From: a virus
Lineage: Duplodnaviria > Caudoviricetes
IMG/VR virus record: IMGVR_UViG_3300022074_005559
Strand: one strand, 5' to 3'
DNA length: 64,000 bases
In this document: one piece after another, positions 1 to 8,214 of the stretch
How positions within the stretch are numbered: the stretch's first letter is position 1
How the letters are laid out: each line of letters opens with the position of its first letter
Position numbers and translations under genes: made by a program
The notes under the pieces: model-generated
The model's input: the letters and a program-made list of their open reading frames with translations, nothing else
What the model was told of the DNA's origin: nothing
Database searches by the model: none

Positions 1-19
1 GAAACACTGAGACGGGCAA

Positions 20-232
20 ATGGCTAGACCTCAGTTTCCTAACTTAGATAGATTTGCACACAGTTGTATTAACCTGCGCAAAGACAGTTTGACTGTACCA
101 GCGCAGGATGCACGTGGTGTAGCAAACGATTACACCCGCCTACTTGAGTATATCACTGAACTACAAAACACTGTTATCGAACTTAAACTAAACGATACTA
201 TTACAGTAGAGTTAGACAATGGTGAGTTCTAA
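20..232 (+). CDS. small hypothetical phage protein (70 aa)
   Basis: ATG at 20 verified on +. It overlaps the next ORF and ends in an acidic ELDNGEF tail. No functional motif. Confidence 0.7.
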   Translation: MARPQFPNLDRFAHSCINLRKDSLTVPAQDARGVANDYTRLLEYITELQNTVIELKLNDTITVELDNGEF

Positions 233-959
233 ACATATACTACTGCATTTTCCTGGTCATCACGGAAACTTTCTCAGTAGAATGTTTGACTTTGCTAGTG
301 GGCGATCAGAACCGTTTGACATTTTCACAAACAACGGTACAGCTCACAACAACAAGAAAACAAACCCTCATAAAACTTTTAAGAATGCTCATCCAGGAGA
401 ACTTCTCGGAGAGTACGACAATGAGTTTGCACTAACAGGAAAAGACGTAAGTATCACTTATACTACAGACTTTGTATATGAGACAGTTTATCTACTGTTT
501 AAGGCAAACAGAGACAGAGGTATTGACTTATTAGATGATAATCAACTGCATTTGGCTACCGGTCTTACACTGGATAATCATGAAAATCGTAATATACTGG
601 TAGATCCAACTGCATTTGAAAATCATTGGGAATGGTTAATATATCAGTTTCATGTTGTAGCAGAACTACAACAGCATCACAAACCACTCGATTACTCATT
701 CAGTGTACACTGGATTTACAGCGACAACTTTGAAAACCAACTCAAACATTTGTTAGACTTTTATGGTGAAGAATACAAACATAGTGTTGCACATCATCAT
801 GCAAAGTTTTTAAAGTTAAGACAGCCTATGCTTGATACAAAAGGCAAAGTAGGTAGTATGTTTCAAAACGCATATCTAGCCTGGCAAAAGCAAACTCCTC
901 CAACAATAAATCCTGCTATCATAGGACCTAGATACAAAGACTCATTTAAAAATCATTAA
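219..959 (+). CDS. hypothetical protein, possibly degenerate sulfotransferase-like fold
   Basis: 246-aa ORF. The N-terminal HFPGHHGNFLSRMF loop loosely resembles the GxxGxFL start of phage sulfotransferase-like proteins; the functional call is weak. Confidence 0.55.
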   Translation: MVSSKHILLHFPGHHGNFLSRMFDFASGRSEPFDIFTNNGTAHNNKKTNPHKTFKNAHPGELLGEYDNEFALTGKDVSITYTTDFVYETVYLLFKANRDRGIDLLDDNQLHLATGLTLDNHENRNILVDPTAFENHWEWLIYQFHVVAELQQHHKPLDYSFSVHWIYSDNFENQLKHLLDFYGEEYKHSVAHHHAKFLKLRQPMLDTKGKVGSMFQNAYLAWQKQTPPTINPAIIGPRYKDSFKNH

Positions 960-974
960 ATACGCATATTTCTG

Positions 975-982
975 TATAAATA
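975..982 (+). promoter_or_regulatory. T4-type late promoter TATAAATA
   Basis: Exact TATAAATA in the intergenic gap, about 32 nt upstream of the ATG at 1015. Confidence 0.65.
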
Positions 983-1014
983 ATAGTAGCATATTACTAA
1001 GTGAGATCCAGAAA

Positions 1015-1302
1015 ATGAGTAGACCAAAACCTACGGTGTTGTTGGAAAAAGTCGAGAAAGAAACTTATAAAACAGAACAAGTGCTTCAGAGCGAAGGCAT
1101 TTGGGCAGTTTACTACAACAACAAACCAATCAATCTAAAAACATTCAATATGCTTATCAGTTACCCTGGACCAAAGTACAAAAAGGTATCCTTTAGTAAC
1201 CCTGGGCATGCTATTAACTTAGCCAAAAAACTCAACAAACAATATACCACAGATCAGTTCACAGTTGTACTATTAGACAAAGGCGAACAGATTTACCCAT
1301 GA
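1015..1302 (+). CDS. conserved hypothetical jumbo-phage protein (95 aa)
   Basis: Clean ORF behind a late promoter, with motifs MSRPKPTVLLE, WAVYY, KPINLK and PKYKKVSFSNPGHAINLAKKLN that I recall from large myoviruses. Confidence 0.8.
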   Translation: MSRPKPTVLLEKVEKETYKTEQVLQSEGIWAVYYNNKPINLKTFNMLISYPGPKYKKVSFSNPGHAINLAKKLNKQYTTDQFTVVLLDKGEQIYP

Positions 1303-1303
1303 C

Positions 1304-1675
1304 ATGCGCACTAAAGATGAATACACTGTAGCATTCATTGAAAATGATCCCAAAGAACCTAAAATGGGATTCGCTCAAGCATACAATCTCTGGTGGCAGA
1401 ACCAACGCAGAGACGGTGGCTTTAGACTTCATGCTCGTGGTTACAAACACTGTACATCTGCTCTAAAACTAGAACATTTTAACATAGCACTACCAGATGT
1501 AAGCATCACCAGTAGATTCTTATTAGATCTTGACAGATTCATCAAAACACCTTATTATATAAAGAACATTAACAAAAAGGATAAAAGCATAGTGTTATTT
1601 GATAAGAAAACATATTTTGCTTTGACCATGTACAACAACGACTTTGAGAAGTTTATTAATGCACACAAAGTTTAA
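1304..1675 (+). CDS. hypothetical protein (123 aa)
   Basis: ATG 1 nt after the previous stop; operon-like packing. Confidence 0.75.
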   Translation: MRTKDEYTVAFIENDPKEPKMGFAQAYNLWWQNQRRDGGFRLHARGYKHCTSALKLEHFNIALPDVSITSRFLLDLDRFIKTPYYIKNINKKDKSIVLFDKKTYFALTMYNNDFEKFINAHKV

Positions 1676-1922
1676 GCACTGGAATACACGAGAACTAAGC
1701 GACACACATTGGCGCTGGATCGTTACAGCAGAAGTGCCCAATCACACACCAAAAGAAAAGAAGAGATTTTTGAACTGGATGTACCAATATTTTGGAGAAC
1801 CAGGCAATCGTTGGAGCATACGTTGGAGTATGCTGGGCGTAGATATACGCTTTCACAAGCCCAAAGACTACTTTAAGTTTAAGATGTTTCACACTGTAGA
1901 ACCCGATAAAGACGATTTTTAA
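1659..1922 (+). CDS. hypothetical Trp/Arg-rich protein (ATG 1659 preferred over TTG 1644)
   Basis: In-frame ATG at 1659 overlaps the end of the previous gene, and the ORF ends just before a promoter. Confidence 0.6.
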   Translation: MHTKFKHWNTRELSDTHWRWIVTAEVPNHTPKEKKRFLNWMYQYFGEPGNRWSIRWSMLGVDIRFHKPKDYFKFKMFHTVEPDKDDF

Positions 1923-1932
1923 ACACTTTTTA

Positions 1933-1962
1933 GGTTGACACATTTGTATAGTGTGCTATGTT
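1933..1962 (+). promoter_or_regulatory. sigma70-type early promoter, GGTTGACA-N13-TGn-TATGTT
   Basis: TTGACA 1935-1940, TG 1954-1955, -10 1957-1962, then a GAGGAG RBS and ATG 1993. The same architecture recurs at 2515, 3688 and 5501. Confidence 0.7.
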
Positions 1963-1992
1963 TAATAGTAAGTTGTTTTTGAGGAGAGAGAC

Positions 1993-2145
1993 ATGATTAA
2001 GTATTTCATTATTACCGCTAATATGAAAAATGGTGATGCTTGGGAAACAAGGCGTCATACTAAAGCAGGTTTGGATACAGTAATCCAAGAAATCCTTAAA
2101 GATGAACAAGTTGAAAACTTCACAGTGGTTGAGGTAGGTGTATAA
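1993..2145 (+). CDS. 50-aa hypothetical protein (absent from ORF track)
   Basis: Translated by hand as MIKYFIITANMKNGDAWETRRHTKAGLDTVIQEILKDEQVENFTVVEVGV. It has a strong GAGGAG RBS and a TAATG overlap with the next gene. Confidence 0.75.
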   Translation: MIKYFIITANMKNGDAWETRRHTKAGLDTVIQEILKDEQVENFTVVEVGV

Positions 2146-2378
2146 TGGAAGTTGGTACAGTAGTCGTCCTAACTGGCATTAGTCGCCATGGTAAAAACCG
2201 CATTGAACAGCATGGTAATCCATGGACTGTAAACGCAATAGGCTCATTCAACGGCAATGATGCAGTGCGTATGCGCAGTGAAAATGAAACATTTAACCTA
2301 GGGCGAGGTCGTAAAATGCACGACGAACGCTGGGTGTTTTTAAAAGAAGATCCTAACTTTAGATATGAGGTAGTATAA
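2145..2378 (+). CDS. hypothetical protein (77 aa)
   Basis: TAATG coupling at both ends. Confidence 0.75.
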   Translation: MEVGTVVVLTGISRHGKNRIEQHGNPWTVNAIGSFNGNDAVRMRSENETFNLGRGRKMHDERWVFLKEDPNFRYEVV

Positions 2379-2533
2379 TGTATTGGTTAGAAATAGCAAT
2401 GCCTGACGGCGAACTAATGATTTGGGAATATATGGATGCCCAACAAATGATGTTTTTGCGTAATATGTATATGCAACAAAATCTACCTGTTCGTAGCGGA
2501 AAGCACGAAGAAAAGGTTGACAACGTAGCATAA
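2378..2533 (+). CDS. 51-aa Met-rich hypothetical protein (absent from ORF track)
   Basis: Translated by hand as MYWLEIAMPDGELMIWEYMDAQQMMFLRNMYMQQNLPVRSGKHEEKVDNVA; TAATG overlap with the previous gene. Confidence 0.6.
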   Translation: MYWLEIAMPDGELMIWEYMDAQQMMFLRNMYMQQNLPVRSGKHEEKVDNVA

Positions 2534-2544
2534 GATGTTACTAT
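2515..2544 (+). promoter_or_regulatory. sigma70-type early promoter, GGTTGACA-N13-TGn-TACTAT
   Basis: TTGACA 2517-2522, TG 2536-2537, TACTAT 2539-2544, upstream of the GGAG RBS and ATG 2577. Confidence 0.65.
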
Positions 2545-2576
2545 ATATTGTAAGTTAACAAAACGGAGAAGAGACT

Positions 2577-3686
2577 ATGTCAGCAGTTGATGCAAGAACA
2601 GTTACAGTAAAAGAGGCGATTAGCCGAGTAACCCGTGCTATTGAAAAAGATCGTCCATTGTTCCTTTGGGGACCTCCAGGTGTTGGTAAGAGTGAACTCT
2701 GCCAAGGCATTGTAGATAGTGGTGCGTTAGGTAAGGCAAAACTTATCGATATTCGTGCTAGTTTGTTGGATCCCACAGACGTTCGTGGTTTTCCGGCTCC
2801 TGATGTAGCAAACAACAGAATGGTTTGGTTACCACCTGTAGACTTTCCTACAGAAGAAGAAGCCGCACAATATGACACTATTCTCATCCTGTTTGATGAA
2901 CTTAACAGTGGTGCACAGGCTGTGCAAGCGGCACTATACCAGTTGATTCTTAACAAGCGTGTTGGTCAGTATGTACTGCCTAAGAATGTGCGTATTGTTG
3001 CCGCTGGCAACCGTGAGAGCGATAAAGGTGTTACATATCGTATGCCTACTCCGCTTGCTAACCGTTTTGTACACCTTGAGATCCGTGCAGACTTTGAAGC
3101 ATGGCTGGATTGGGCTGTGACTAACAAAGTCCATGAGGATGTAGTTGGTTACATTTCGTTTGCTAAGGCAGACTTGTTTGACTTTGATCCTCGCACTAGC
3201 GGGCATGCTTTTGCTACGCCTCGGGCTTGGACTTTTGTAAGCCAGTTCTGTGAAGATGATGACATCTTAGATGCTGAACTTACAGACTTGGTAGCAGGCA
3301 CTGTTGGCGAAGGCATTGCAGTGAAGTTTATGAATCACCGCAAGTTTGCTAAAGACATGCCTAATCCAGAAGACATCCTTAACGGCAAGGTTAAGGAGTG
3401 TAAGATCAAAGAGATCTCGGCACAGTATGCACTGACTATTGGCATGTGCTATGAACTGCAGGATCAGTTTGAGAAGATGGGCAAGGATGATGTTGATGGA
3501 TGGCACAAACTTGCTGATAACTTCTTCCGCTTTATGATGGACTTCTTCCCAACGGAGATGACTGTAATGGGTTGTCGTGTTGCTATCAACCAGTACAACC
3601 TTCCTTTCCAACCAGATAAGCTCAAGCATTTCGATGAGTTTTACGATCGCTTTGGCAAGTATGTTGCCGCTAGTAACGAAGACTAG
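2577..3686 (+). CDS. MoxR-family AAA+ ATPase
   Basis: Walker A GPPGVGKS, Walker B ILFDELN, sensor AAGNR and Arg-finger PLANRF. Confidence 0.9.
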   Translation: MSAVDARTVTVKEAISRVTRAIEKDRPLFLWGPPGVGKSELCQGIVDSGALGKAKLIDIRASLLDPTDVRGFPAPDVANNRMVWLPPVDFPTEEEAAQYDTILILFDELNSGAQAVQAALYQLILNKRVGQYVLPKNVRIVAAGNRESDKGVTYRMPTPLANRFVHLEIRADFEAWLDWAVTNKVHEDVVGYISFAKADLFDFDPRTSGHAFATPRAWTFVSQFCEDDDILDAELTDLVAGTVGEGIAVKFMNHRKFAKDMPNPEDILNGKVKECKIKEISAQYALTIGMCYELQDQFEKMGKDDVDGWHKLADNFFRFMMDFFPTEMTVMGCRVAINQYNLPFQPDKLKHFDEFYDRFGKYVAASNED

Positions 3687-3687
3687 C

Positions 3688-3717
3688 GGTTGACACATCC
3701 TTGTATGATGCTATACT
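3688..3717 (+). promoter_or_regulatory. sigma70-type early promoter, GGTTGACA-N13-TGn-TATACT
   Basis: TTGACA 3690-3695, TG 3709-3710, TATACT 3712-3717; GAGG RBS and ATG 3747. Confidence 0.75.
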
Positions 3718-3746
3718 ATATGTATAGTTAGAAGAGAGGACAAGAC

Positions 3747-4616
3747 ATGAACTACAGTTTCGCACTTGAAACCCGCATTGATGCCCTGCTCCAGAAGCGG
3801 GGTATCTTCGGTCATACTGCCGCAGATCGTTTTGTAGCAGATTTTAAAGCCTATCTCTGTTATTTTGCACACAAGTTTGATGCTAGTGCAGAAGCAACGG
3901 TTGCTCTGCTAGAAGATGATTCTAAACTAGTAAACAGTGAAATACTTAATAAAAACTTCCGTGCTACTTTTGCAGATCTGATTCCAGATGCACTGATGCA
4001 AGATCCTATTTTTCCTACATTGTTTAGACAGTTACTTGACAACAACGGTAAAGGCATTGGCATTGGCGAGTTGGTTCTTCCGTTGATTATGACTGACTAC
4101 AGTTTTAGTGTTGTAAGCGACGGAGAAATGGCAAACGGTGCTAAAGTTGAGATTAAAAAGAATGGTGCTAGTTTGAAGCCAGTTGCAACCGGACTGACTG
4201 ACAAAGGGCTAGTTGATAAACTTAATAAAAAATACTTTAATGGCACTGCACCCGGCAAGGTACAAAAGAAGCAGTTCGAACAGCATCTTGCAGAAGTAAA
4301 AGATCCTGCGACATATGCTGATTACTTCCGCGAACTGTATGTTGGCTGTGATACTACAGAACTTGCAGAGGAAGTACAAAAGGTGTACACTGATGCACAA
4401 GCATTTAACAAAGCAGTTGGCAAGTTTGCCCTTAAAAACTACCAGCGTGTAGATGGCTGGAACAACATCCTGTACATTGATGATAAGAAAATGACAGTGG
4501 TAAACATTGCTGACATTACTGACATTGATTCACTTGGTGTAAAGTTTAGTCCAAAGTTGTTGCGTGGTGGCGATACACAAGCCATTGCTGACGGATATGT
4601 GAACGTAAACATATGA
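3747..4616 (+). CDS. putative PD-(D/E)xK endonuclease (restriction-enzyme-like)
   Basis: GKGIGIGEL helix followed by SDGEMANGAKVEIKK (D...ExK catalytic pattern); ATGA-coupled to a DNA methyltransferase. Confidence 0.55.
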   Translation: MNYSFALETRIDALLQKRGIFGHTAADRFVADFKAYLCYFAHKFDASAEATVALLEDDSKLVNSEILNKNFRATFADLIPDALMQDPIFPTLFRQLLDNNGKGIGIGELVLPLIMTDYSFSVVSDGEMANGAKVEIKKNGASLKPVATGLTDKGLVDKLNKKYFNGTAPGKVQKKQFEQHLAEVKDPATYADYFRELYVGCDTTELAEEVQKVYTDAQAFNKAVGKFALKNYQRVDGWNNILYIDDKKMTVVNIADITDIDSLGVKFSPKLLRGGDTQAIADGYVNVNI

Positions 4617-5506
4617 TAAAGCCACTTTATATATGGGCAGGCGGTAAACGTAAAATGATTCCTCATTATACTAAATCGCCTACCATTCCACTGGACGGTT
4701 ATGACACTTATGTTGAACCGTTCTTTGGTGGTGGTGCTATGATGCTACACATTTATAATAACAATCCCACAGTCAAAAACTTTATTATGAATGACATCAA
4801 TCCAGAGATTGTTGGTATCTATACAGCCATTAAGACAGACGTGACTAACTTTCTTCAGCGCATGGATCAGCTACAAGCACACTACATGCCTTTAAATAAA
4901 GAAGATCGTAAAAAGTACTTTTATGAAATGCGTGAGCAGTATACTACTAACTGGCATGTTTGGTCACCAACTGAAGAAAGCGCAACTCTGTACTTTCTTA
5001 TGAAAACAGCATTTAACGGTATTTGGCAAGTCAATCAAAAAAGCAACGGACGTTTTGCTACTCCAAGTGGACTGTTAAATCAGAAGACAACCGTGTACGA
5101 CAATGAAAATGTTATGGCATGGCACGACTTCTTGCAACGTGTAGACATACGTTGCGGCGACTGGAGCAGTGCAGTACAAGATGTTTCGGGTCGTGCTTTT
5201 TACTTTTTAGATCCCCCCTATCGTGATAGTTTTACTACATACGGACAAAGCAATGCAGATCAAATGCAAGATGATATTATCGCATTTTGCAGAGACAGAG
5301 ATGCGGTTGGAGATATTGCTTGGTTTTGCGGCAGAGATAGCGGAGATGATTTTTACACCAGTAGACAAGGTAACCTAAGACTAGAAACCTACGATATAAA
5401 ATACACTGCTGGCAGACGTAAACGCGAAGATGATGGCGGGCATAGTGCCAAAAAAGCAACAGAAATATTGTTGCACAATACTATCCCTTTAATAGATTTT
5501 GGTTGA
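4613..5506 (+). CDS. D12/Dam-class N6-adenine DNA methyltransferase
   Basis: Motifs WAGGKRK, YVEPFFGGGA (SAM-binding), MNDINPE and catalytic LDPPY. Confidence 0.9.
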   Translation: MIKPLYIWAGGKRKMIPHYTKSPTIPLDGYDTYVEPFFGGGAMMLHIYNNNPTVKNFIMNDINPEIVGIYTAIKTDVTNFLQRMDQLQAHYMPLNKEDRKKYFYEMREQYTTNWHVWSPTEESATLYFLMKTAFNGIWQVNQKSNGRFATPSGLLNQKTTVYDNENVMAWHDFLQRVDIRCGDWSSAVQDVSGRAFYFLDPPYRDSFTTYGQSNADQMQDDIIAFCRDRDAVGDIAWFCGRDSGDDFYTSRQGNLRLETYDIKYTAGRRKREDDGGHSAKKATEILLHNTIPLIDFG

Positions 5507-5530
5507 CATTTCTCTAATGTGTGCTATATT
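5501..5530 (+). promoter_or_regulatory. sigma70-type early promoter, GGTTGACA-N13-TGn-TATATT
   Basis: TTGACA 5503-5508, -10 TATATT 5525-5530 preceded by TGC; AAGGAG RBS and ATG 5557. Confidence 0.75.
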
Positions 5531-5556
5531 AGTATAGTAACAGTAAGGAGTAGAAG

Positions 5557-6852
5557 ATGGCTAGAGGCACAGAAAACACAAAGAATATCGACCTCCCTGT
5601 AGGATTCGAAACTGATCCACGTGAGGACTATGAAGCTCGAGAAGCACTGACAACTGCTCGTGTTAAGATGTTGCTCAAGACCAGTTGGTTTGGCACAATG
5701 GCTACACGCCTGCCGCTAGTAAATGCTGATGCGTGGCTTGCTACTGCCGCTACCGATGGCAAGTATTTCTATTACAACTCCAAGTTCATCCTTATGCTCA
5801 AGCCTGGTGAACTTATTTTCCTATTTGGTCACGAAGTGTTACACAATGTCTACGAACACTTGGGGCGTAGTAAAGCACAAAAACACAATCCTATGTTGGC
5901 TAACATTGCCGCTGACTATTGTGTGAACCGTGACTTAAAAGAAAATCGCATTGGTACTTTTATTACTACTGTTCCTGCTCTGTACGATCGCAAGTATGAC
6001 GGCATGAGCATGGAAGAAGTGTATGACAGCCTTTATGAAAACGCTGACAAGATTGACATGGAGCAACTGTTGGACCAGTTGTTAGATGAACACTTGGATG
6101 ATGAAGGTGGCAACAGTTCCGGACAAGGCAACAGTGAGCCGCAAGAAGATGAAAACGGTAACCTTGTTAGTAAGAGCAAGCCAAGTTACACTAAAGAACA
6201 GCGTCAAGAGATTCGTGATCAGATCAAAGAAAGCCTGCTACAAAGTGCCGCTGGTGCTAGTGCTGGTGAGATGCCTGCAGGTGTAAAGCGCATTATAAGT
6301 GACCTTACTGAGCCTAAGATGCCTTGGCAAGAACTGCTTAACATGAGCATCCAAAGCACACTTAAAGGTGACTACAGTTTTATGAGCCGCAGTAAAAAAG
6401 GCTACTTCAGTGAAGTAGCACTGCCTGGCATGTTGCCTGAAAACACCATCGACATTGCACTTGCATTGGATATGAGTGGCAGTATATCAGACACACAAGG
6501 CAAAGAAATGCTGTCAGAAGTGCGTGGTATTATGGAACAGTTTCAGGACTTCCGTGTTAAGGTTTGGTGCTTTGATACAGATGTTTACAACTATAAAGAG
6601 TTTACACCGCAGAACATTGACGAGTTTGACGATTACGAACTTGCTGGCGGCGGCGGTACTGACTTTGATGCTAACTGGAAGTTTATGAAAGACAATGATC
6701 TTCATCCAGAACGCTTTATTATGTTTACGGATGGTTATCCGTGGAACTCGTGGGGTGATCCAGACTACTGCGACACAGTGTTTGTCATACATGGTAGTCA
6801 AGACATTAAACCGCCCTTTGGAAACTATGCCTACTATGATGAGGCTAAATAA
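5557..6852 (+). CDS. DUF2201-like metallopeptidase + C-terminal VWA domain protein (MoxR partner)
   Basis: HEVLH (HExxH), acidic linker, MIDAS DMSGS and GGGGTDF; WCFDT motif typical of this family. Confidence 0.88.
   Translation: MARGTENTKNIDLPVGFETDPREDYEAREALTTARVKMLLKTSWFGTMATRLPLVNADAWLATAATDGKYFYYNSKFILMLKPGELIFLFGHEVLHNVYEHLGRSKAQKHNPMLANIAADYCVNRDLKENRIGTFITTVPALYDRKYDGMSMEEVYDSLYENADKIDMEQLLDQLLDEHLDDEGGNSSGQGNSEPQEDENGNLVSKSKPSYTKEQRQEIRDQIKESLLQSAAGASAGEMPAGVKRIISDLTEPKMPWQELLNMSIQSTLKGDYSFMSRSKKGYFSEVALPGMLPENTIDIALALDMSGSISDTQGKEMLSEVRGIMEQFQDFRVKVWCFDTDVYNYKEFTPQNIDEFDDYELAGGGGTDFDANWKFMKDNDLHPERFIMFTDGYPWNSWGDPDYCDTVFVIHGSQDIKPPFGNYAYYDEAK
6846..6851 (+). promoter_or_regulatory. 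possible late promoter core TAAATA
   Basis: TAAATA overlapping the VWA stop, upstream of the AAGGAG RBS and ATG 6872. Short AT-rich motif, so weak evidence. Confidence 0.4.
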
Positions 6853-6871
6853 TATAATAAGGAGAAGTGCA

Positions 6872-7237
6872 ATGCTAAGAATACTTACTTTGGCTTGCGC
6901 TATTGCATTTTTACCAGTTAAATCTGTACTAGCACAACAGGCATTCTGGGCTCAAAAGCCTGTTCAGTGCGGACCATTGGAAGGTGCATTGAATATTACA
7001 CTTGAAAAAGGAATGGTTCCTATACTAGCAGGTAAGGGCTGGGCTAATAGTGCTAACTATGAAGACCCTATTCCAGTCAAAGTTGGGCTATACTTAAATC
7101 CAATATCACAAGAGTTTGCAGTCCTAGAGATAGACGTAGACATGGAAGAAGCATGCATTGTTGCATATGGCGAAGGTATTGAAGCATCAGCCGAAGGTAT
7201 CAATAACTTTTTATACAGTAACTCAAACCCGAGCTAA
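6872..7237 (+). CDS. putative secreted/periplasmic protein (start 6872, not 6695)
   Basis: AAGGAG RBS before ATG 6872. N-terminus MLRILTLACAIAFLPVKSVLA|QQ is signal-peptide-like, and the mature part has two Cys (KPVQCG, EACIVAYG). Confidence 0.7.
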   Translation: MLRILTLACAIAFLPVKSVLAQQAFWAQKPVQCGPLEGALNITLEKGMVPILAGKGWANSANYEDPIPVKVGLYLNPISQEFAVLEIDVDMEEACIVAYGEGIEASAEGINNFLYSNSNPS

Positions 7238-7266
7238 ATAGTTATAATAGCATATAATGATTTTGC

Positions 7267-7296
7267 TTGACATAACCCACTTCATGAACATATAAT
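7267..7296 (+). promoter_or_regulatory. sigma70 promoter TTGACA-N18-TATAAT
   Basis: TTGACA 7267-7272, TATAAT 7291-7296; AAGGAG RBS before ATG 7335. Confidence 0.65.
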
Positions 7297-7334
7297 AAAC
7301 AGAATAGATATATCTAATACACAAGGAGATTCGA

Positions 7335-7583
7335 ATGTCTGAAGAAACTACTCAGGCAGTGGAAGAAACTGCCGAAACAGTAGAAGCCCCTCAACTAGGT
7401 ATTGCTGACCTTAAACTTATGGCAAATATTATCGATGTTGTAAGTAATCGAGGCGCAATCAAAGCCAACGAAATGCAAGCGGTTGGTGGACTGTACAACA
7501 ACCTAATGACGTTCCTAGTTGCCAATGGCGCTATTGAACTACCTCAACCTGAGGCAGAAGAACAAGGAGAAAGCAATGATTAA
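7335..7583 (+). CDS. conserved hypothetical phage protein (82 aa)
   Basis: Strong RBS; core LGIADLKLMANIIDVVSNRGAIKANEMQAVGGLYNNL resembles a widespread T4-like small protein. Confidence 0.8.
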   Translation: MSEETTQAVEETAETVEAPQLGIADLKLMANIIDVVSNRGAIKANEMQAVGGLYNNLMTFLVANGAIELPQPEAEEQGESND

Positions 7584-8214
7584 ACATGTAGGCAGACACG
7601 GCGAGAAACGTGTTGCAGTAATATTTCGTGAGGTACCTGGCGAAGAACACATGGCATTGGTCACATACCCAGACCAACTAAAACAAAATCTGCATGATGA
7701 TCTAATGAATGCTATCCAAAGCAACAAAGGGCAAGAAGCAAATCACCTAGGCGAAGCACTGCATGGTATGACAGGCACAGACGGTCAAACATTGTTGAAC
7801 CTGCTGCACAAAGAAGGCTTTATGAAAAAAGTACGCACACAAGACGTAATCATGATGCCTCGTCCTAATACACCAGGCGCACGGTTAGATGAGATCAACG
7901 AAATCATCCGCGGGCTTGAAACTGGCAGTGATGCTGCACAGAAGATGGCAAAACTTGATGCTGAAAGTGGTATGGCTGATCCTGCTAAGAGAGCCAAAGG
8001 CATTGAAGCGGCTGCTAAAGTTGCTGGTGTACAAGCAGGTGTACTAGGTGATGCTGACATTGCACAAAACTTAGTAACACAAGCAGAGCAAATGAAAGCG
8101 CAAATGGCTACACTACAGGCTGAAGCAGAACGTCTCATGGAAGAAGCTGCTAGTTTAGATCCTAGTTTAGCACCAAAAAAGAAACGCGGACGTCCAGCAA
8201 AGGCTAAAGCATAA
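7576..8214 (+). CDS. conserved phage protein with coiled coil and C-terminal AT-hook-like tail (start 7576)
   Basis: AAGGAG RBS before ATG 7576; Ala/Glu-rich coiled coil; terminal KKKRGRPAKAKA. Confidence 0.8.
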   Translation: MIKHVGRHGEKRVAVIFREVPGEEHMALVTYPDQLKQNLHDDLMNAIQSNKGQEANHLGEALHGMTGTDGQTLLNLLHKEGFMKKVRTQDVIMMPRPNTPGARLDEINEIIRGLETGSDAAQKMAKLDAESGMADPAKRAKGIEAAAKVAGVQAGVLGDADIAQNLVTQAEQMKAQMATLQAEAERLMEEAASLDPSLAPKKKRGRPAKAKA

